Shown here piece by piece: positions 1-13,533 of a DNA stretch of 63,062 nt. Every line of letters starts with the position of its first letter. The stretch's first letter is position 1. The notes below the pieces were generated by a model. It did no database searches. It worked only from the letters and a program-made list of their open reading frames with translations, and was not told where the DNA came from. The stretch comes from Basidiobolus meristosporus CBS 931.73 (taxonomy: Eukaryota; Fungi; Basidiobolomycota): positions 1 through 63,062 of the forward strand of contig MCFE01000521.1 of NCBI GenBank assembly GCA_002104905.1, in the 5' to 3' direction. The position numbers and the translations under genes were made by a program.

Positions 1-780
1 ATGTGTCAGAGAAGAATTTATCCCAAAGAAAATGTAGTTCTTTACAAGAAGCACTCAAACAAAGTAACAGTGAAAGACCTGGCAGTGATAAAGAAAAAGG
101 GAAAGGGAAAAATATCCACCCAAACATGAGACAGGGAGGCATGCAAAAAAACTGCAGCTCTTGCCAATTAACTCTGCAAGCCAGGAACAGACTGAATCTC
201 ATCATAGCCAAGAAGAATTACCAACAAGAAAACAGCTGTTTTCATAAGAGTTGGAAGCGCACCCAGTGGAGCTACACTCCAGCAAGGTATATGAGCTTAC
301 TGAAAAACGCAATTTATCTACCACAGGCTCCGCATCCTCCATTGTTGAGAGAGTGGAGATCCCACTGACAGACAAGTTTGCAACATCAAGAGCTCAAATA
401 CTATTGCAATGCCTTCAGTGGAATTTTGGAACATTAATAGGCACACAAAGAGGTTGCAGCACTTCTTCCAGAGCAGTGCTCAAGAAAATGTACTGGAATA
501 TTGCAAGGATTTATTGCAAAGACTGGCAGATAAGGTCCTAGACCTTGCAGTGCCAGCTGAAGGCCAGGACATGGGGGAACCAGTGAATGAACAGTGGCAT
601 AAGGCTGTTGGGCTCCTGCCAAGGTTGTGGAACCAGAGTGTTACAGCAAAAATACATATTGAGTGGTGGATTCTAATGGAGTTACTTGTTGAGTGTGAGG
701 TTGGGCCTAATGTAGTCTAGGGTATAGGGACCTGCATAGGTCAATACCATTGGCAATTGAGGTACAACTGAAGTTTCAAC
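1..780 (+). repeat. Unclassified dispersed repeat with decayed ORF (family X), copy 1
   Basis: Reads RLQHFFQSSAQENVLEYCKDLLQRLADKVLDLAVPAE. Homologous DNA lies at about 7700-8430 (-) and 19244-19980 (+). No recognisable domain. Confidence 0.55.
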
Positions 781-1099
781 AGAAATAAATGAATTTGTAT
801 GCATGAAAAGTAAGAGAAATGGTTGAGTCAGGAGGTAAGGAGTGTGAAAAAGAGGCAATAGCCAATCAATGCACACAAATGTAGGAGGCAATAGAGTGTC
901 CAGGATCAGAAAGTGATCAAATTGGCAGGGAACCAATTAAAAGCCACTTATACATTGTTGTGATGACAAATGTGGACTAAGTTTTGGGTGAAATCAGGGG
1001 TGCAATTCCTTTTCAACAGTCTATGGATGGTGTCCAGACAGGATCAGTACCTCTTTGTCATGGGACTTTAACTTTGTGACGGCCTTTTGATGGGGTCAT

Positions 1100-4000
1100 C
1101 TCAGTAATTGTTCCTAGGGCTAAAAAATTGTTCCTTGACAGTAAAGAAAGGTGTATCCTGTGGTGGATCTTCTGTCTTCCAAAATTTGTCCCCAATCAGC
1201 ATCAGGGTATCTCACAAGATCCTGTTCTGAATCCTTATAAGTGTATCTTATGCAGATATCAGCGGTTCCTTTTAGGTATCTAAAAATCCGCTTAACTGCT
1301 GCAATACAATCAGATCCATTGTGCTGACTATATTGGCTGACAACTCCCACCAAATATGAGATATCCAATTTTGCTGTAAGCATGATATACATCAGACTGC
1401 CAACTATATATTGACAAGGAAAGTCAGGGCTTTCAGTTGGCACCAAGCTTGCTTGATTTGTTAGAGTTTTATCCAAGTTAAGGTGTGTCTCAATTGGGGT
1501 AGCTGCAAGTTTACAGTCTTCCATATGGTATTTCTTTAGTATATCTTGAATAAACTTGGATTGGCTTAGGGTGATAGTCTGGGTACTTCTGTCTATGGAG
1601 AACATAGTCCCTGAGTAGTAACTGAGTTCTCATAGATTGGACATCTTGAACTCCTAGATAGGCTGGATTTAGTCACTTCCAATGTTTCTAGGTTATTGGT
1701 GGCTATAATAAGATCATCCACATATAGAGCTAATAGAGCTGGATTTGCTCTATCTGGATTATAGTATATACTATAGTCAGCATCACTCCTTTTGAAACTC
1801 AAATATTCCAAATGAAAATCTATCTTGCAATTCTAGGCTCTTGATGATTGTTTAAGACCATATAGAGACTTTTTAAGCTTACAGACCAATTGGAGTAATC
1901 TTGGTCAACAAACCCATCAGGCTGGTCCATATACACACCCTCATCAAGTTCTCCAGTCAAAAATGCAGATTTTACATCTATTTGATGAATAAAAACCATA
2001 TAATTGGCTGTAACAGCCAGTTTTAATCTAATGGAATTAAACTTGGCTACTGGTACAAAGGTCTCAGTAAAGTTGAGTCCTTTTATTTAGGAGTATCCTT
2101 TGACCAAAAGCATTGCTTTGTATTTTTCAATTGTACCATCAGCCTTGTATTTTGTCTTGAAGACCCACCTGCATCCAATTGATTTTTAGTTGATTGTTGA
2201 CATGACTAAGTCCCAAGTTTGATCTTCCATCAGGGCCTGATATTCCTCAGTCCTTGCACATCTTTACAACTTTGTCTGAGGGCTATTTGAGGCCTCCTTT
2301 ACAGTCTGGGGCTTGTCAAAATGGACTGAATAGGCATAGGCTAAGTTTGTACCCTCATAGATATAGTAATATGAGCTATTTCTTGTCTGACTGGATCTCC
2401 TGGGATTGGATACTGAAGTGCTCACTTCTGGGATATTCCTGGGCTGTGTTTTAGGCTGAACCACAGCAGTAGAGTCCTCTGGAGTGAAACAATTTCAGTT
2501 GTTTTGCTCTGATTAAATCCTAACAATCTGTGGACTTGAGATCAGATATTTATCATCATCTGATCTTATTTTTTGTGAACATTCTGAATTTTCATCTAAC
2601 AACACATCCCTAGACTTGATCAGCTTCTTTGCTTTTATAGTATATAGTCTATATGTCTTACTCTCATTGCAGTAGCCCAAAAATATGCATTTTACACTAT
2701 TTGGCTCAAATTTTGACTGATTTCCAGCCAGTTTTTTGGCATATGCTGTACACCCAAATATTCTTAGATGTTCTGCACTTGGTCTGTACCCATACAGGGC
2801 TCCAAGTGGAGTAGAATCACAAAGTAATCTGTGATAACTCCTATTTTTATGGTATACAGCTGTGGCAACTGATTCTGCCCAGAAATCATAGGTTAATTTT
2901 TGATCATGAATCATAGATCTTGCCATATCAGTTATTGATCTGTTAGCGCATTCTGCTACTTGATTTTGCTGTGGGGAGTATGGTACAGTAGTCTTTTGCT
3001 TTATCCCCTGAATTATGCAGAAGTGGATGAAGAGTTCTGAGGTATATTCTCCACCATTGTCAGAGCGTATTTTCTTGATTTTTTCACTAGTTTCTCCCTC
3101 TACCATGGCTTGAACCTCCCTGAACTTAGACAGAGCTTCTTCCATTCTCTCCATGAAGTAGACCCATTTGTATCTTGTATAATCATCAATAAAAGTGATT
3201 AAATATTTCTTCCCACCTAAGGATAAATTTTGCATAGGTCCACACAGATCTGAGTGAATTAGATCTAATTTTTTCTTAACTTTGATTAACCCAGAGCTCT
3301 TGAGTGGTTGTCTGGCTTGTTTCCCATATATGCAGGCTTCACAGTGCTCCAAATTAGCTGGGGGATCAATTTTTACTCCAGAAATTAGCCAATCATTAGT
3401 CATTTTGCGCAAATAATCAAAATTGATGTGTCCAAATCTCCTGTGCCAAAGCATTGGTGTTTCTTCATTTCAGTTACTATATTGGCTTCCAGATATAATG
3501 GAATACAAGCTAACTTATACAAACTTTGATCTCTGATATCTGGAGAATATGGGCACCATTTTGATCAGTGATCCTTCATACAGAATTGTCAAAGCTGATA
3601 CTGTGTCCTTCTGCTGTGGCCTTGCTTACAGATAGAGAGTTCTTGGCTATTTCTGGTAAATAGAGTACTTCTTTCAAGGTTAATGTGTGGCTTCCTTCAC
3701 TGCTTTTAAGGTTACTTGGATAGTTCCATCTCCCACTTCATGAAGTGTTCTATCATCACCCATGCAAACCTTCCTGATTGGAATTTCTTGATATTGGGTA
3801 AAAAGTTCTTTTTGGTGTGTAGAGTGCTGAGATGCTCCAGAGTCAATATACCACATCTGAGAATCCTTGTTAGTGGTCATGTTTAGTGCAGAAATGAATA
3901 GTCTATCTTCAGTTGCTGCAGCATTTCCATATTCAGGCTTTTGCTGCTGACTATCTCTTTTTTTGAAGTACTAGTCTGATGTGTGTCCTTTCCTTTTCAG

Positions 4001-5631
4001 TAGTTACAGAACAGGTTGCTGTTACCTTTCAAAGGTCTAAGGTACCTCCTTTGTTAGTTATCATTGCTTATTAAATCATTTTCTTCTTCCTTTGTATTGG
4101 TGCATGATTTTCTTAATTCTTCATCCATGAGCCTTCCATATATATAATTTAAAGTCAAATCTTCAGCTTGGGACTGTAGGGATGATACCAGGTCCTGAAA
4201 CTTGTCTGTCAGGCTGTTCAGGATGGTAACTATCTCATCCTCATCAGTAGTTGGTACGCCCACAGATTCCATTTCATCTACCAGCAGGGTAATTCTGTTA
4301 ATTGGATTTTTCATTTCTTCACCTTGCAGCATATTTGTAGTATAGGGATCAGTTACAGTGAATAAATGAGCTGATCTTTGATCATTTTGCGCAATTATTC
4401 AAAGTTGGCATGACCCAATTTCCTATTCCAAAGCATTCATGCTTCTTCCTTTAAGGTTACTAATATTAAATCTCAGCTATGAAGGAATATAGCTCCACCT
4501 GTATGGATTATTATCTCTGGTATCCAAAGCCATATATGCACCACTTTGATCAGTGATCCTGTATGCAGAATTGTTAAAATTGATACTGAGTCCTTCTGCT
4601 GTGGCTTTGCTTACAGATGGTAGGTTCTTGGCTCTTGCTGGTACATAGAGTACTTCTTAGAAGGTAGAGTGTTTTGTACTTCACTGCTTCAAAGGTTTGC
4701 CTGGATAGCTCCTTCACCAATGGCATCAAGTGTTCTATTGTAGCATAAGATGACTGTCTCAATTGCAATTTCTTCATATTGGACAAAAGCTTTATTTGGT
4801 GTGTAAAGTGATGAAATACTCCACAGTCAATATACCATGTTTAAGAATCCTAATTTGTGGTCCTATTCATTGCACATATGAATAATCCATCTTCATTTGT
4901 TGCAGCATCTCAATATTTGGTCCTCTTTTGTCATTTACTTCTCCTTTGAGGCACTGGTGTGATGTGTGCCCTTTCCTGTTGCAGTAGATGCCAAACAAGT
5001 TGCTGTAGCCTTCAAAGGGTGTTGAGTACCTCCTTTGCTGGTAATCATTGCTTATTAAAGCATTTCCTTCCTACTTATTGGCGCTTTATATACTTATTTA
5101 TTCATCTAAGAGCCTTCCTTATGATTAATTTAGGAACAATTCTTGTGTTCTGGACTCTAGGGCTAATTCAAGGCCATGAGACCTGTCCATCAGGCTATTG
5201 CAGATGGTAACTATCATATCTTCATTAGTAGCTGCTATGCCAGCAGATTCCATCTCACAAACCAATAGAGTGATTCTGTAAGTTAGATTTGTTAATTCTT
5301 TTCCTGGCAGCAAATCTTCTAATGCCTTCCAGCCATTCTTGGCTGTTTTTGCTCTTGAGCATTGAGTTAGCAATTTGTCTTTAACATTAAGGCAAATGCA
5401 GTTAAAGGCACTTTGTTCTTTCTTCTAGTACTTCAAGGCGTCCTCTCCCACGTTTTGAGGAAGGCATTCTTCTCCCATGACAATATCCCAAAGGCCTCTT
5501 TCTTGTAGCAGCATCTTCATCTTCACCTTCCACACTTGGTGGTTAGATCCATCCAACTAGTCAGCAGAGGGAAAAGTTCCAGTAGTTGCATTAGTAGACA
5601 TTGCAGAGAGTCACAGTTTGGGCTCATAACC
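1100..5631 (-). mobile_element. Ty1/Copia family A relic: RT, integrase, protease and two tandem gag-protease segments
   Basis: RT motifs YVDDLII, YQ-like SIVGSLMY and DADWG..DRRSTTGY. Integrase ORF 2513-3454 has LWHRRFGH, IHSDLCGP, IRSDNGGEY. Protease WYIDSGAS. Many stops and frameshifts. Confidence 0.9.
5620..5631 (-). promoter_or_regulatory. Primer-binding site GGTTATGAGCCC of Copia A
   Basis: Lies directly after the LTR end CTTACAACA. It is complementary to the anticodon arm of initiator tRNA-Met (GGGCTCATAACC), as in half-tRNA priming by copia/Ty5. Confidence 0.85.
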
Positions 5632-5986
5632 TGTTGTAAGACTCATGGAGATATTGAAACTAATTGGGAAAATAGGTAGACTCTGGGGCTTTCAGTTGAT
5701 GATTTGTTGAATGCAAAGGTAGTATTCATAATTTGTATGGTCCTGGCATATTAAACATATAGAATAGGCTTAGAAAGGTTTGAAGAACATGCTTTCACAT
5801 TGAAGAGCTGTTGGACAACTTTTTTAATTTTCATGTTCCAGGTACCAGACATTTTGGTGAGAAAATTCCAAGTAAATCCGCACAAGAAATTTGTTCAATA
5901 TTCTTATGAGTTACTGGTAATGTTCTAAGTGACTAAGTCAGATTAATATTTAGGTGGAATTCCAAACCTTTGCAACTGGTGCAACA
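5632..5986 (-). repeat. Copia A 5' LTR
   Basis: TGTTG...CAACA termini next to the PBS. The same LTR recurs at about 27.7, 42.1, 44.6, 46.0, 55.4 and 56.2 kb. Confidence 0.8.
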
Positions 5987-6494
5987 AGTTGCATTGGCAT
6001 AGCCTTTAGCTAAATCCATTGTGAAGCTACATAATAATGAAACTTGCCTGTTCTAGTATACTTATGTCTAATTGAGCTGTTTGGGAAGTTCTGGTAAATT
6101 TTGCTCTCAACTATGCACTATGACTGAGTGTACAGTGCACATGTGAAGGAGACAGGTGTAGTTTGGGTTGACATGCAATGAGGCACTGTCATTGCAATGC
6201 TTTGTAAAGACTCCAGTGTACTGTGTGGGCACAGTTTTATAGCAGTTACCTGTGGTATATGTGGTTGCCCTGATGAGTCCTGGGTATACTGCTGTAGGAC
6301 ATCACTAAGCTCAACTGATATATTGCACAGTACATTAGTCCTTTGAGGCAAAAAAACACTCAAAATTTCCTATTTTCCCAAAGTTGAGCCACCAATGGAC
6401 ATGATTGTTCTATACTTTGCAAGTTAGGAGCAGAATTGCTTTGATGCAGCATGCTTGTCAGATCCCCTAGCTCTCAGTTCATTTTGAGCTCAAT

Positions 6495-6703
6495 AGACTT
6501 GTTCCATCATTGCAGCTGATCATAGTGCCCAATTGTGCCATAGCATGCCAGATGGTGCCTGATCATGCCACAGAGTGCCAGATGGTGCCATACAGTACCA
6601 ACTTGGGATCAAAATTGACATGCATAGGACCCTTAATAGCAAATTAATAACAAAATATAAGCACTTTCTGGCACTATGATCCATGGCACAATGGTACAAG
6701 TCT
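6495..6703. mobile_element. 209-bp MITE of the PHIS-type family
   Basis: Termini AGACTTGT...ACAAGTCT, flanked on both sides by AAT (6492-6494, 6704-6706). Carries GTGCCA-type subterminal repeats. Confidence 0.8.
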
Positions 6704-6799
6704 AATATTTGTTTTGTTACTTATCTTCTTACACACATATGCTGGTATCTTGACACAGTACTCATGCCAGAGTTTTCTACTCAAGTTCTTCTATCTGAG

Positions 6800-7130
6800 T
6801 TGCCTCTCTGAAATATTCTGTTTTGCTAGATTGATGAGTAGTGCTGGCTTGTTGTACTAATGATCAGTTGAGATTTGGTATAAGGACCATAGTGATGCAC
6901 TTGGGTACTCAAACAGCAGTATATTGGCATCAGCCCGGCCTTAAATGCAATACATAAGACCAATGTAATTGTTTCATTTTCCATATACCATGCATGAAAC
7001 ATCTTGGATGGCATTGATACATATTAGATCACATCAGTTGCATATTTCTAATTTGGTATGCACTTGTGAGTAATTGATCAGTAAAATCAATTAATCGTGG
7101 TTTAGGGAGAGCTTTTACAGCATTGTGGTG
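6800..7130 (-). repeat. Decayed coding repeat, homologous to about 33850-34075 (+)
   Basis: INAIQDVSCMVYGK.NNYI..DAN..YP..SL.SLYQIST aligns with VNAIQDASCIIYGKFNNHI..DAN..YP..SLQSLYQVST. Possibly the C-terminus of a DNA-transposon protein (unresolved). Confidence 0.5.
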
Positions 7131-7699
7131 AGATATATGGCAATTGATTGAAACTTGGTCACAGTGCATGGGTAATCAGATATATCAGACTGATTAAACC
7201 AAGTCAGTACAATACATTCCCACATCATCACTCACCAATCTTTATATGGCTTAATCATCTCAATAGTCTTTTCATTTCAATACCATGACATTATCTGGAT
7301 ATACCTTGGGCATAATGGAGGAGATATTTACCAAGTACTGTGGACCATCAATAACACTTTATTCAAGAGGATACCTTGTTAAGTGTTTCTTCTATTTCAA
7401 GAGCTATTGATCTACAAGGATGCAACCCAGCATCCTTACAAGAAACAATTGTGATGATCCCACCAAAAGGTTGTTACAAAAACTTTAATCTGGTGACTAG
7501 GAAATATTGAAACCATGAGGACAATGGGCTAAGACTGCAAAAAAGAATTGCATCTCTGATTTTGCTACATATGCAATCAAAATTTTCATCACCACAATAC
7601 ATAAGTGGCTTCTTGAAAGGTTTTCTACAAGTTCTCTCACTTTCTGATCCCAGGCACCCAGTTACCTCCTACATTCTGGTACATTGACTGGCTTTTGCT

Positions 7700-8430
7700 C
7701 TTTTTTTACAATCTGTACTTCCTGGCTCAAATGATGCTCCTTCTTTTGATGCATGAATATTGGTATGTTTCAGTTCAATCTTCAGCTGTTACTTAATTCC
7801 TAAATGTAATGACATAGGCAAGTCCCTATACCCCACATTAACATTAAGCCCACCTTACCCTCAACAGGTAGCTCCATTGAACTCCACCATTCAGTAGGTA
7901 TTTCTGCTGAGATGCCCTTTTTCCATGAACTTGGTGGGGACCCTGCAGCTTTATGCCATTATTACTTCATTGATTCCCAAATGTTCTTTTCTCAGCTGGT
8001 ACTGCAAGGATGACCACCTCATCTGCCTGTCTTTGTAATATATTTTTGCAATATTCAAGTGGGGCATCTTCAGCCTTTCTATTCAATAAGTGCTGCAACC
8101 TTTTGCAGTACCTGCTACTGTTCCAAAACACCACTGTGGGCATTGTGATAGTCTGCTGATTTCATGATAATGTTGCTTTGTCTATCAGCAGGAGAGCCAC
8201 TCAATCAACAATGGGCAATGCGTAGGCTGTGGAAGACAAATTGCAGTCCTCTGTAAACTTCCTAATAAAAAGTAAATAGGATGCTCCCTTAAAGAGGCTG
8301 TAACAGAGTTCATATCTAATTACTAAGAGGTATTGATGCTATCAGGATATTGTGCAGTGATTGCTAAAGCAAACTCTGCCACATGCTTCACAAAAACTTG
8401 GTGAGAATTTTCTAAAATCCACTTATTTGC
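7700..8430 (-). repeat. Family X repeat, copy 2
   Basis: RLQHLLNRKAEDAPLEYCKNILQRQADEVVILAVPAE is homologous to 440-760. Confidence 0.55.
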
Positions 8431-9519
8431 TTGAATACAGGATACTGCACATGAAACATATCAATCTTAATCAACTTGGGCCTGAGTTACTCATGGTCAC
8501 ATTGTATGCTGGCCCGGAGGTAATGGCTTACAAGACTAATTGTGGCCTATTTAGTATAAGCCCACTCTTCATTATTGCACCCAACTGCCTCACAGATCTT
8601 GAACATCACTTTATAATGAGGTTTGGATAAAGGGTTTACAGTCTTCCCTCTCATACTGTGATAAGTGTCTCTGCAGGCTTGATCATCAAGCACTGTTGCT
8701 GTGATTAAAAGAGCTTTTGGTGTCTTCTGATATTACATTTGGAACTGGCACAAATCTAGGCTGTGACATTGAGCTACTTGAGTTTGTTCTCCCAAAGAAG
8801 AATCTCAAACTTGGAATTCACTTGATTTACTGCTGGTATTCTGCTTGTATTCAATGGTATTTTTCCAGTATTCTGCTTGTATTTTTGGTCCAAATTTAGA
8901 ATACTATTTTTGATGAAGGTAATGAGCAGCTAATTACCAAATTGCCTATGAATACAAGTTGGCATAGTGTCTTCCTGAAGAAATTGCTTGCTTGCCTGCC
9001 CATTAGCTAACAACAAAGATCTTGAAAGTTGTAAATTCTCAGAAATTTAGAATTCAGCTGATATTATGAGGGTATTTTGCTGGCTTTTTCTCACTCTTTT
9101 AATTAGGGTTCTGTGCAGCAACAATACTGTGTTCTCCACCTGGGATATTGTTTGCTTTGAACATAATATCAGCTCATCCAGACTGTGAACAGCTTCCTGG
9201 TTTCTCTTGCCATTGAATATATGCCATTAGCAACAGCACTCAATTACTTCATTGATGCTTCAGTATGAGCTGTCGACATACTTGCTAATATGGGTGGTGC
9301 TAATGTATGAAAGCTCTCCGCTTGTGTTCCACTAGGGGCACTACATTTGCTGCATTCATGTCACTAGACATGATGACTGTGTTCCACAAGTAGATCCAAT
9401 CCAGATTGGCTGTTGAGATCCTGCAATGAAGCCATTATAATGCTGGCACCTTGGAATCAATGACCCTCTGACAGTATTGTGACAGCTCTTGGCCAATTCT
9501 TCTACTATATAGATGAGTA

Positions 9520-10300
9520 AACTTAATGATCTTTAGGCCTTTCTTGAATGTAATTTTGATGGCATTCAGACAGTCTGATTGCAGCCTACACTATTTTGAG
9601 CCAACCCAACTAGACAGTACATGCCCATGCCATATATGGAAAGAAACTTCACAGTTTTTAATAGCCTTAGTGCATACATTTGCTGGCAGTATATTGGCAG
9701 TGCAGCAGCCTACAGCTTGTACCATACAATGCTACCATACCAACTTACCAAACAGTATTTCCTTTTGCTTCCTTCCCCTGCACCATTTGTATGTTTCATT
9801 GTAAGATCACAATGATTTAATTGTTTGCCCTCCGCTGCTGTGGGTATTTCACTTATAGTTTAACTCAAAAAGAAACTTTGACCTTGTGCTTACAAGCCTC
9901 CATATAGATGCATACCTGCTGCAACTGACACACTTCCATCACCTAAGCTCTATGGCATTTTGGTGTGATCCTTGCAGAGCTGCCATTTACCTTGTATTGC
10001 TGATAACATATACATCTAGCAAACTTATGCTTGGTTGCCTCCACTTTTGCTTTGAATGCCACCTGAACATTGGCAAAATACTTTTTGGTACTTGGCCAAT
10101 ATATTGCTACTTCATTGAGATATGCTGCCAAAATCTTGCCACAGTTGCTTGTGGTATTTATTTCTCCTATTTGAGTTTATCTATTGATTCCTCAAGGTTT
10201 TTACATGTCCTTTGTCTAATTCTTTGCTGCTGTTGCTTTATAGTGTCCTTGTATATTGCTCTCAGATGCCCCTTAGATATACTAATACATCATGCAGTAC
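9520..10300 (-). mobile_element. CACTA/EnSpm-like transposase C-terminal relic
   Basis: DNA homology to 20500-20960 and 31300-31760, which continue from a recognisable Tnp2-type motif. Confidence 0.55.
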
Positions 10301-10839
10301 ATTAGCTGCTCAGAGTATTAAGTTTTCAGGTCTCCCTGATTTCTACAGTTGAGTCACAAACACACATATCTGTTCTGTACTCTACAATACCATGTGAGAC
10401 TGTTTGCAGGCAGGCTCCTCATCAAGTTTCTGCACTCTTAGCTCATTCTTAGCTCAGACCTGGCTTGGTACATAACTTACACACATCTGCTGGCTTCTTG
10501 ATGTGGAACTCATGATGCAGCGGTCTGCACATACACTCCAATATGACAGCTTGATGAGGTATATAGCTCTGCAATATTAGTAAGCAGTGTCCTAATATCT
10601 GTATGAAAGCTCATTGTAGAAACTTGGGCTATATTAAAAACATTTAATCAGAACTCTAACCAACGTGACATTGACTTATTCAGTCCCAAGCATGGTTGAT
10701 ATGCAATCCACAGGCACACCAACTACTAGTGAAGGTCTGATAGCAGCCATCCTGAAGAGCCTGAAAGATAGGTTTCTGGGCCTTTGTTCAGCCAAAGTAT
10801 TCAGAACTGAAGATTCACCTTAAATCACATACATGAAAG

Positions 10840-12042
10840 GCTCCTGAATGAAGAATCAAGCAAAAAAGCGCCATTAAGAAGGAAAAGGAAAACACCTCGG
10901 TAGGCAATGACAACCAGCAAAGGAGGTACCCTCAACCCTTGAAGGGCAACAGTAAGCTATTAGACTTGTTCTGTTGGATAGTGCCACATTGAGCCATGAG
11001 TGCCAAATAGTGCCATAGTGTGCCTGAGAGTCATAGCAGACCTAAACTTGGCCACAGAGTGTGGCATATAGTTCTGCTTATTCATGCAAAGCAGCCCCTG
11101 TGTTTCACCTACTGTGCGGGAGAAAATCAATTTTTTTACCTTTTTTTTGGGATCAAAATTGTGCATGACGTAATAGAGCACAGACAGACTGAAGATATGC
11201 ATCTGGTACATAATACCCATGGCACTCTAAATCTAGCCCCACAGGCTTGTAGCATGTCACAAAAATGCATGGCACTATCTTGGTCCACTGGTACTATCTG
11301 GCACTATATTTAAATATAAGCCCTAAAGTAGAACCTATACAAAGCACTTATAGTGCCAGATAGTACCAGTGGACCAAGATAGTGCCATGCATTTTTGTGA
11401 CATGCTACAAGCCTGTGGGGCTAGATTTAGAGTGCCATGGGTATTGTGTACTGGATGCATATCTTCAGTCTGTCAGTGCTCTTTTATGTCATGCACAATT
11501 TTGATCCCAAAAAAAAGGTTAAAAAGTTGATTTTCTCCTGCACCGTAGGTGAAACACAGGGGCTGCTTTGCATGAATATGAAGAACTATATGCCACACTC
11601 TGTGGCCAAGTTTAGGTCTGCTATGACTCTCAGGCACACTATAGCACTATTTGGCACTCATGGCTCAATGTGGCACTATCCAACGGAACAAGTCTATTAT
11701 GCAACTATTGTAAAGGGGTAGGACACACATCCATCCAGTGACTCAAAAGAGATATTTTCAAGAAGCAGCCCAAATATTGAGCTGCTGCAACAACTGAAGG
11801 TAAGCTATTCATACCTGCACTAAATATGGCCACTATTAAGGATTCACAGATGTGGTATACTGATTCTGGAGTATCTTAACACTTGACATATCACAAAGAA
11901 CTTTTTACCTAATATTAAGTAGTTCCAGTTGAGAAGGTTTCAGGGGTGATAATAGATCTCCTGAGGTAGTTAGAGAATGGAATGTGTAAGTGAACCATAT
12001 AAGCAGTGAAGGAAGCCACATACTCACCTTCAAACAAGTACA
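10840..12042 (+). mobile_element. Copia A gag zinc knuckle-protease relic interrupted by the foldback element
   Basis: Joining the flanks with one ATT restores GNSKLLCNYCKGVGHTS. It is followed by WYTDSGVS. Confidence 0.8.
10962..11695. mobile_element. 734-bp foldback (palindromic) non-autonomous DNA transposon
   Basis: Two 347-bp inverted arms (10962-11308, 11349-11695) with about 14 mismatches by manual alignment and a 40-bp spacer. Termini AGACTTGTTC...GAACAAGTCT. ATT target duplication (10959-10961, 11696-11698). Confidence 0.92.
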
Positions 12043-12805
12043 CTTTTAAAGTTAGTAAAAATTAAAGCTAATGTATATTTCTAGAAAATCAAATTTAAAC
12101 ATCAAATATCAGATATTAAACATCAAATTTAAATATCAAAAAACAAAAATTAAAAATCAAACTTAACATCTACTTAATTTAAATTTTATTTCCTTAAAAA
12201 AATAATTTTAATTTCTTCTAATTTATTTGGTTTAAGATGTTATATGAATACTACATCTAACTTGGGTTTTAAAGAATGTTTTTTGTCATCTAGAAAATGT
12301 TTTGGCTAAATGAATTATAGAATGCAAAATACAAATATAATTTGTACATTAAAAGAAAAATGTACTTTTGTCAAAATTTTATCATATGACAATATATCAT
12401 AGAATTTTTCTATCTAAGCATTGCATAAATGTTTAAAACGTCTAAAGAGTTTATTGGGATTTCTTTTATAATGTCCTAAAAGTTTTCATGCTTATTTTCA
12501 CAGAGTATTTTTGCCATTATATATAGTGGAGGTAACAAACCCAATTCCAAATATCATAACTTTTAGAACTGATATCCTGAGTAACAAAATTTAATAATGC
12601 CAAATTATATGTATTAGAATTGTTAAGGTTTTAAAATATAAGTATAGAAATAATTAATATAATATAAATATAACTCCGCACCTTTTCAAATGTTGATAGT
12701 GTAGGGTGATTATAATTCATTACAGGAAAAAACAATTTAAATAAAAATATTCAGCATCTTTTGTTTTTATCATACCTACTTGGATCTATCAAAATTCTAA
12801 ATGTT
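12043..12805. other. Extremely AT-rich island of unknown origin
   Basis: Abrupt compositional switch between two Copia A fragments. Imperfect short tandem units (AAATTTAAACATC-like) at about 12085-12170. Confidence 0.7.
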
Positions 12806-12809
12806 TGCA

Positions 12810-13533
12810 GTGTGGGAATATACTTCAAAACTACTTATCCACTGCAGCAAAACTCATGGGATTTAGCAAGAGGCTTCTGTACTGTACTCCCTGCAACAAC
12901 ATGGAGCAGCAGAATGTGCTAACAGCTCAATAACTGATACGGCAAGATATATGATACATGATCCAAAATTATCCTATGATATTTTGGGGGATTCACTTGT
13001 GATGGCTGTACACCTTGAAAATGAGGGTTTTAACCAAGCTCTTGGTGATTTTATTCCATCTGCAGCTTGGTATGGATACAGTGAAAGTACAACACTTCTG
13101 AGAATATTTTGGGGTGTACAGCATTTGCAAAGTAAAAAGTTCAGCCCAGTCGTGCAAATTGAGTATTTTTGGGCTATTGAAACAAGAGTAGGGCATGGAG
13201 ACTCTGAAATGCCAATGCAAAGAAGCAGATAAGACCCATGGATGTGCTGTTTGAGCAAAATTTAAAAGTTCACAACAAATGATATCAGTTGAAGACAATA
13301 ATCTAATATCAAGTCCATCAATACTCTGGATTGAGTACAAGCAAGACCATGAGGATTACCTTGCTCCAGAGGATGCTACAGCTGTGGACCACTCTGAATC
13401 AGTGCTCAGGAGCATTGAAGAAGTGAGCATTCCAGTAGCACAAGCCTGGATCTCCAACTACACCAGAAATAGCCCATATTACTATATCAATGAGGGTACA
13501 AACTTGGTCAACACTTATTTAATATATAGCAAC
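12810..13533 (+). mobile_element. Copia A integrase relic
   Basis: G.EYTSKL...QQHGAAECANSSITDTARYMIHD. The linker YYYINEGTNL matches other Copia A copies. Confidence 0.8.

Noticed and set aside
6266-6305. CTGATGAGTCC...GGAC resembling a hammerhead ribozyme core
   Set aside because: The required GAAA after stem II is absent (ATCA) and no stems I/III were found.
9900-9960. PSPKLYGIL resembling a Penelope RT motif
   Set aside because: The downstream motif does not match, and the opposite strand is homologous to the CACTA-like relics.
10960-11721. Twin 86/94-aa ORFs MGI.Y.MHIFSLSVL
   Set aside because: A consequence of the inverted arms. The sequence contains motif arrays and A/T runs and shows no coding signature.
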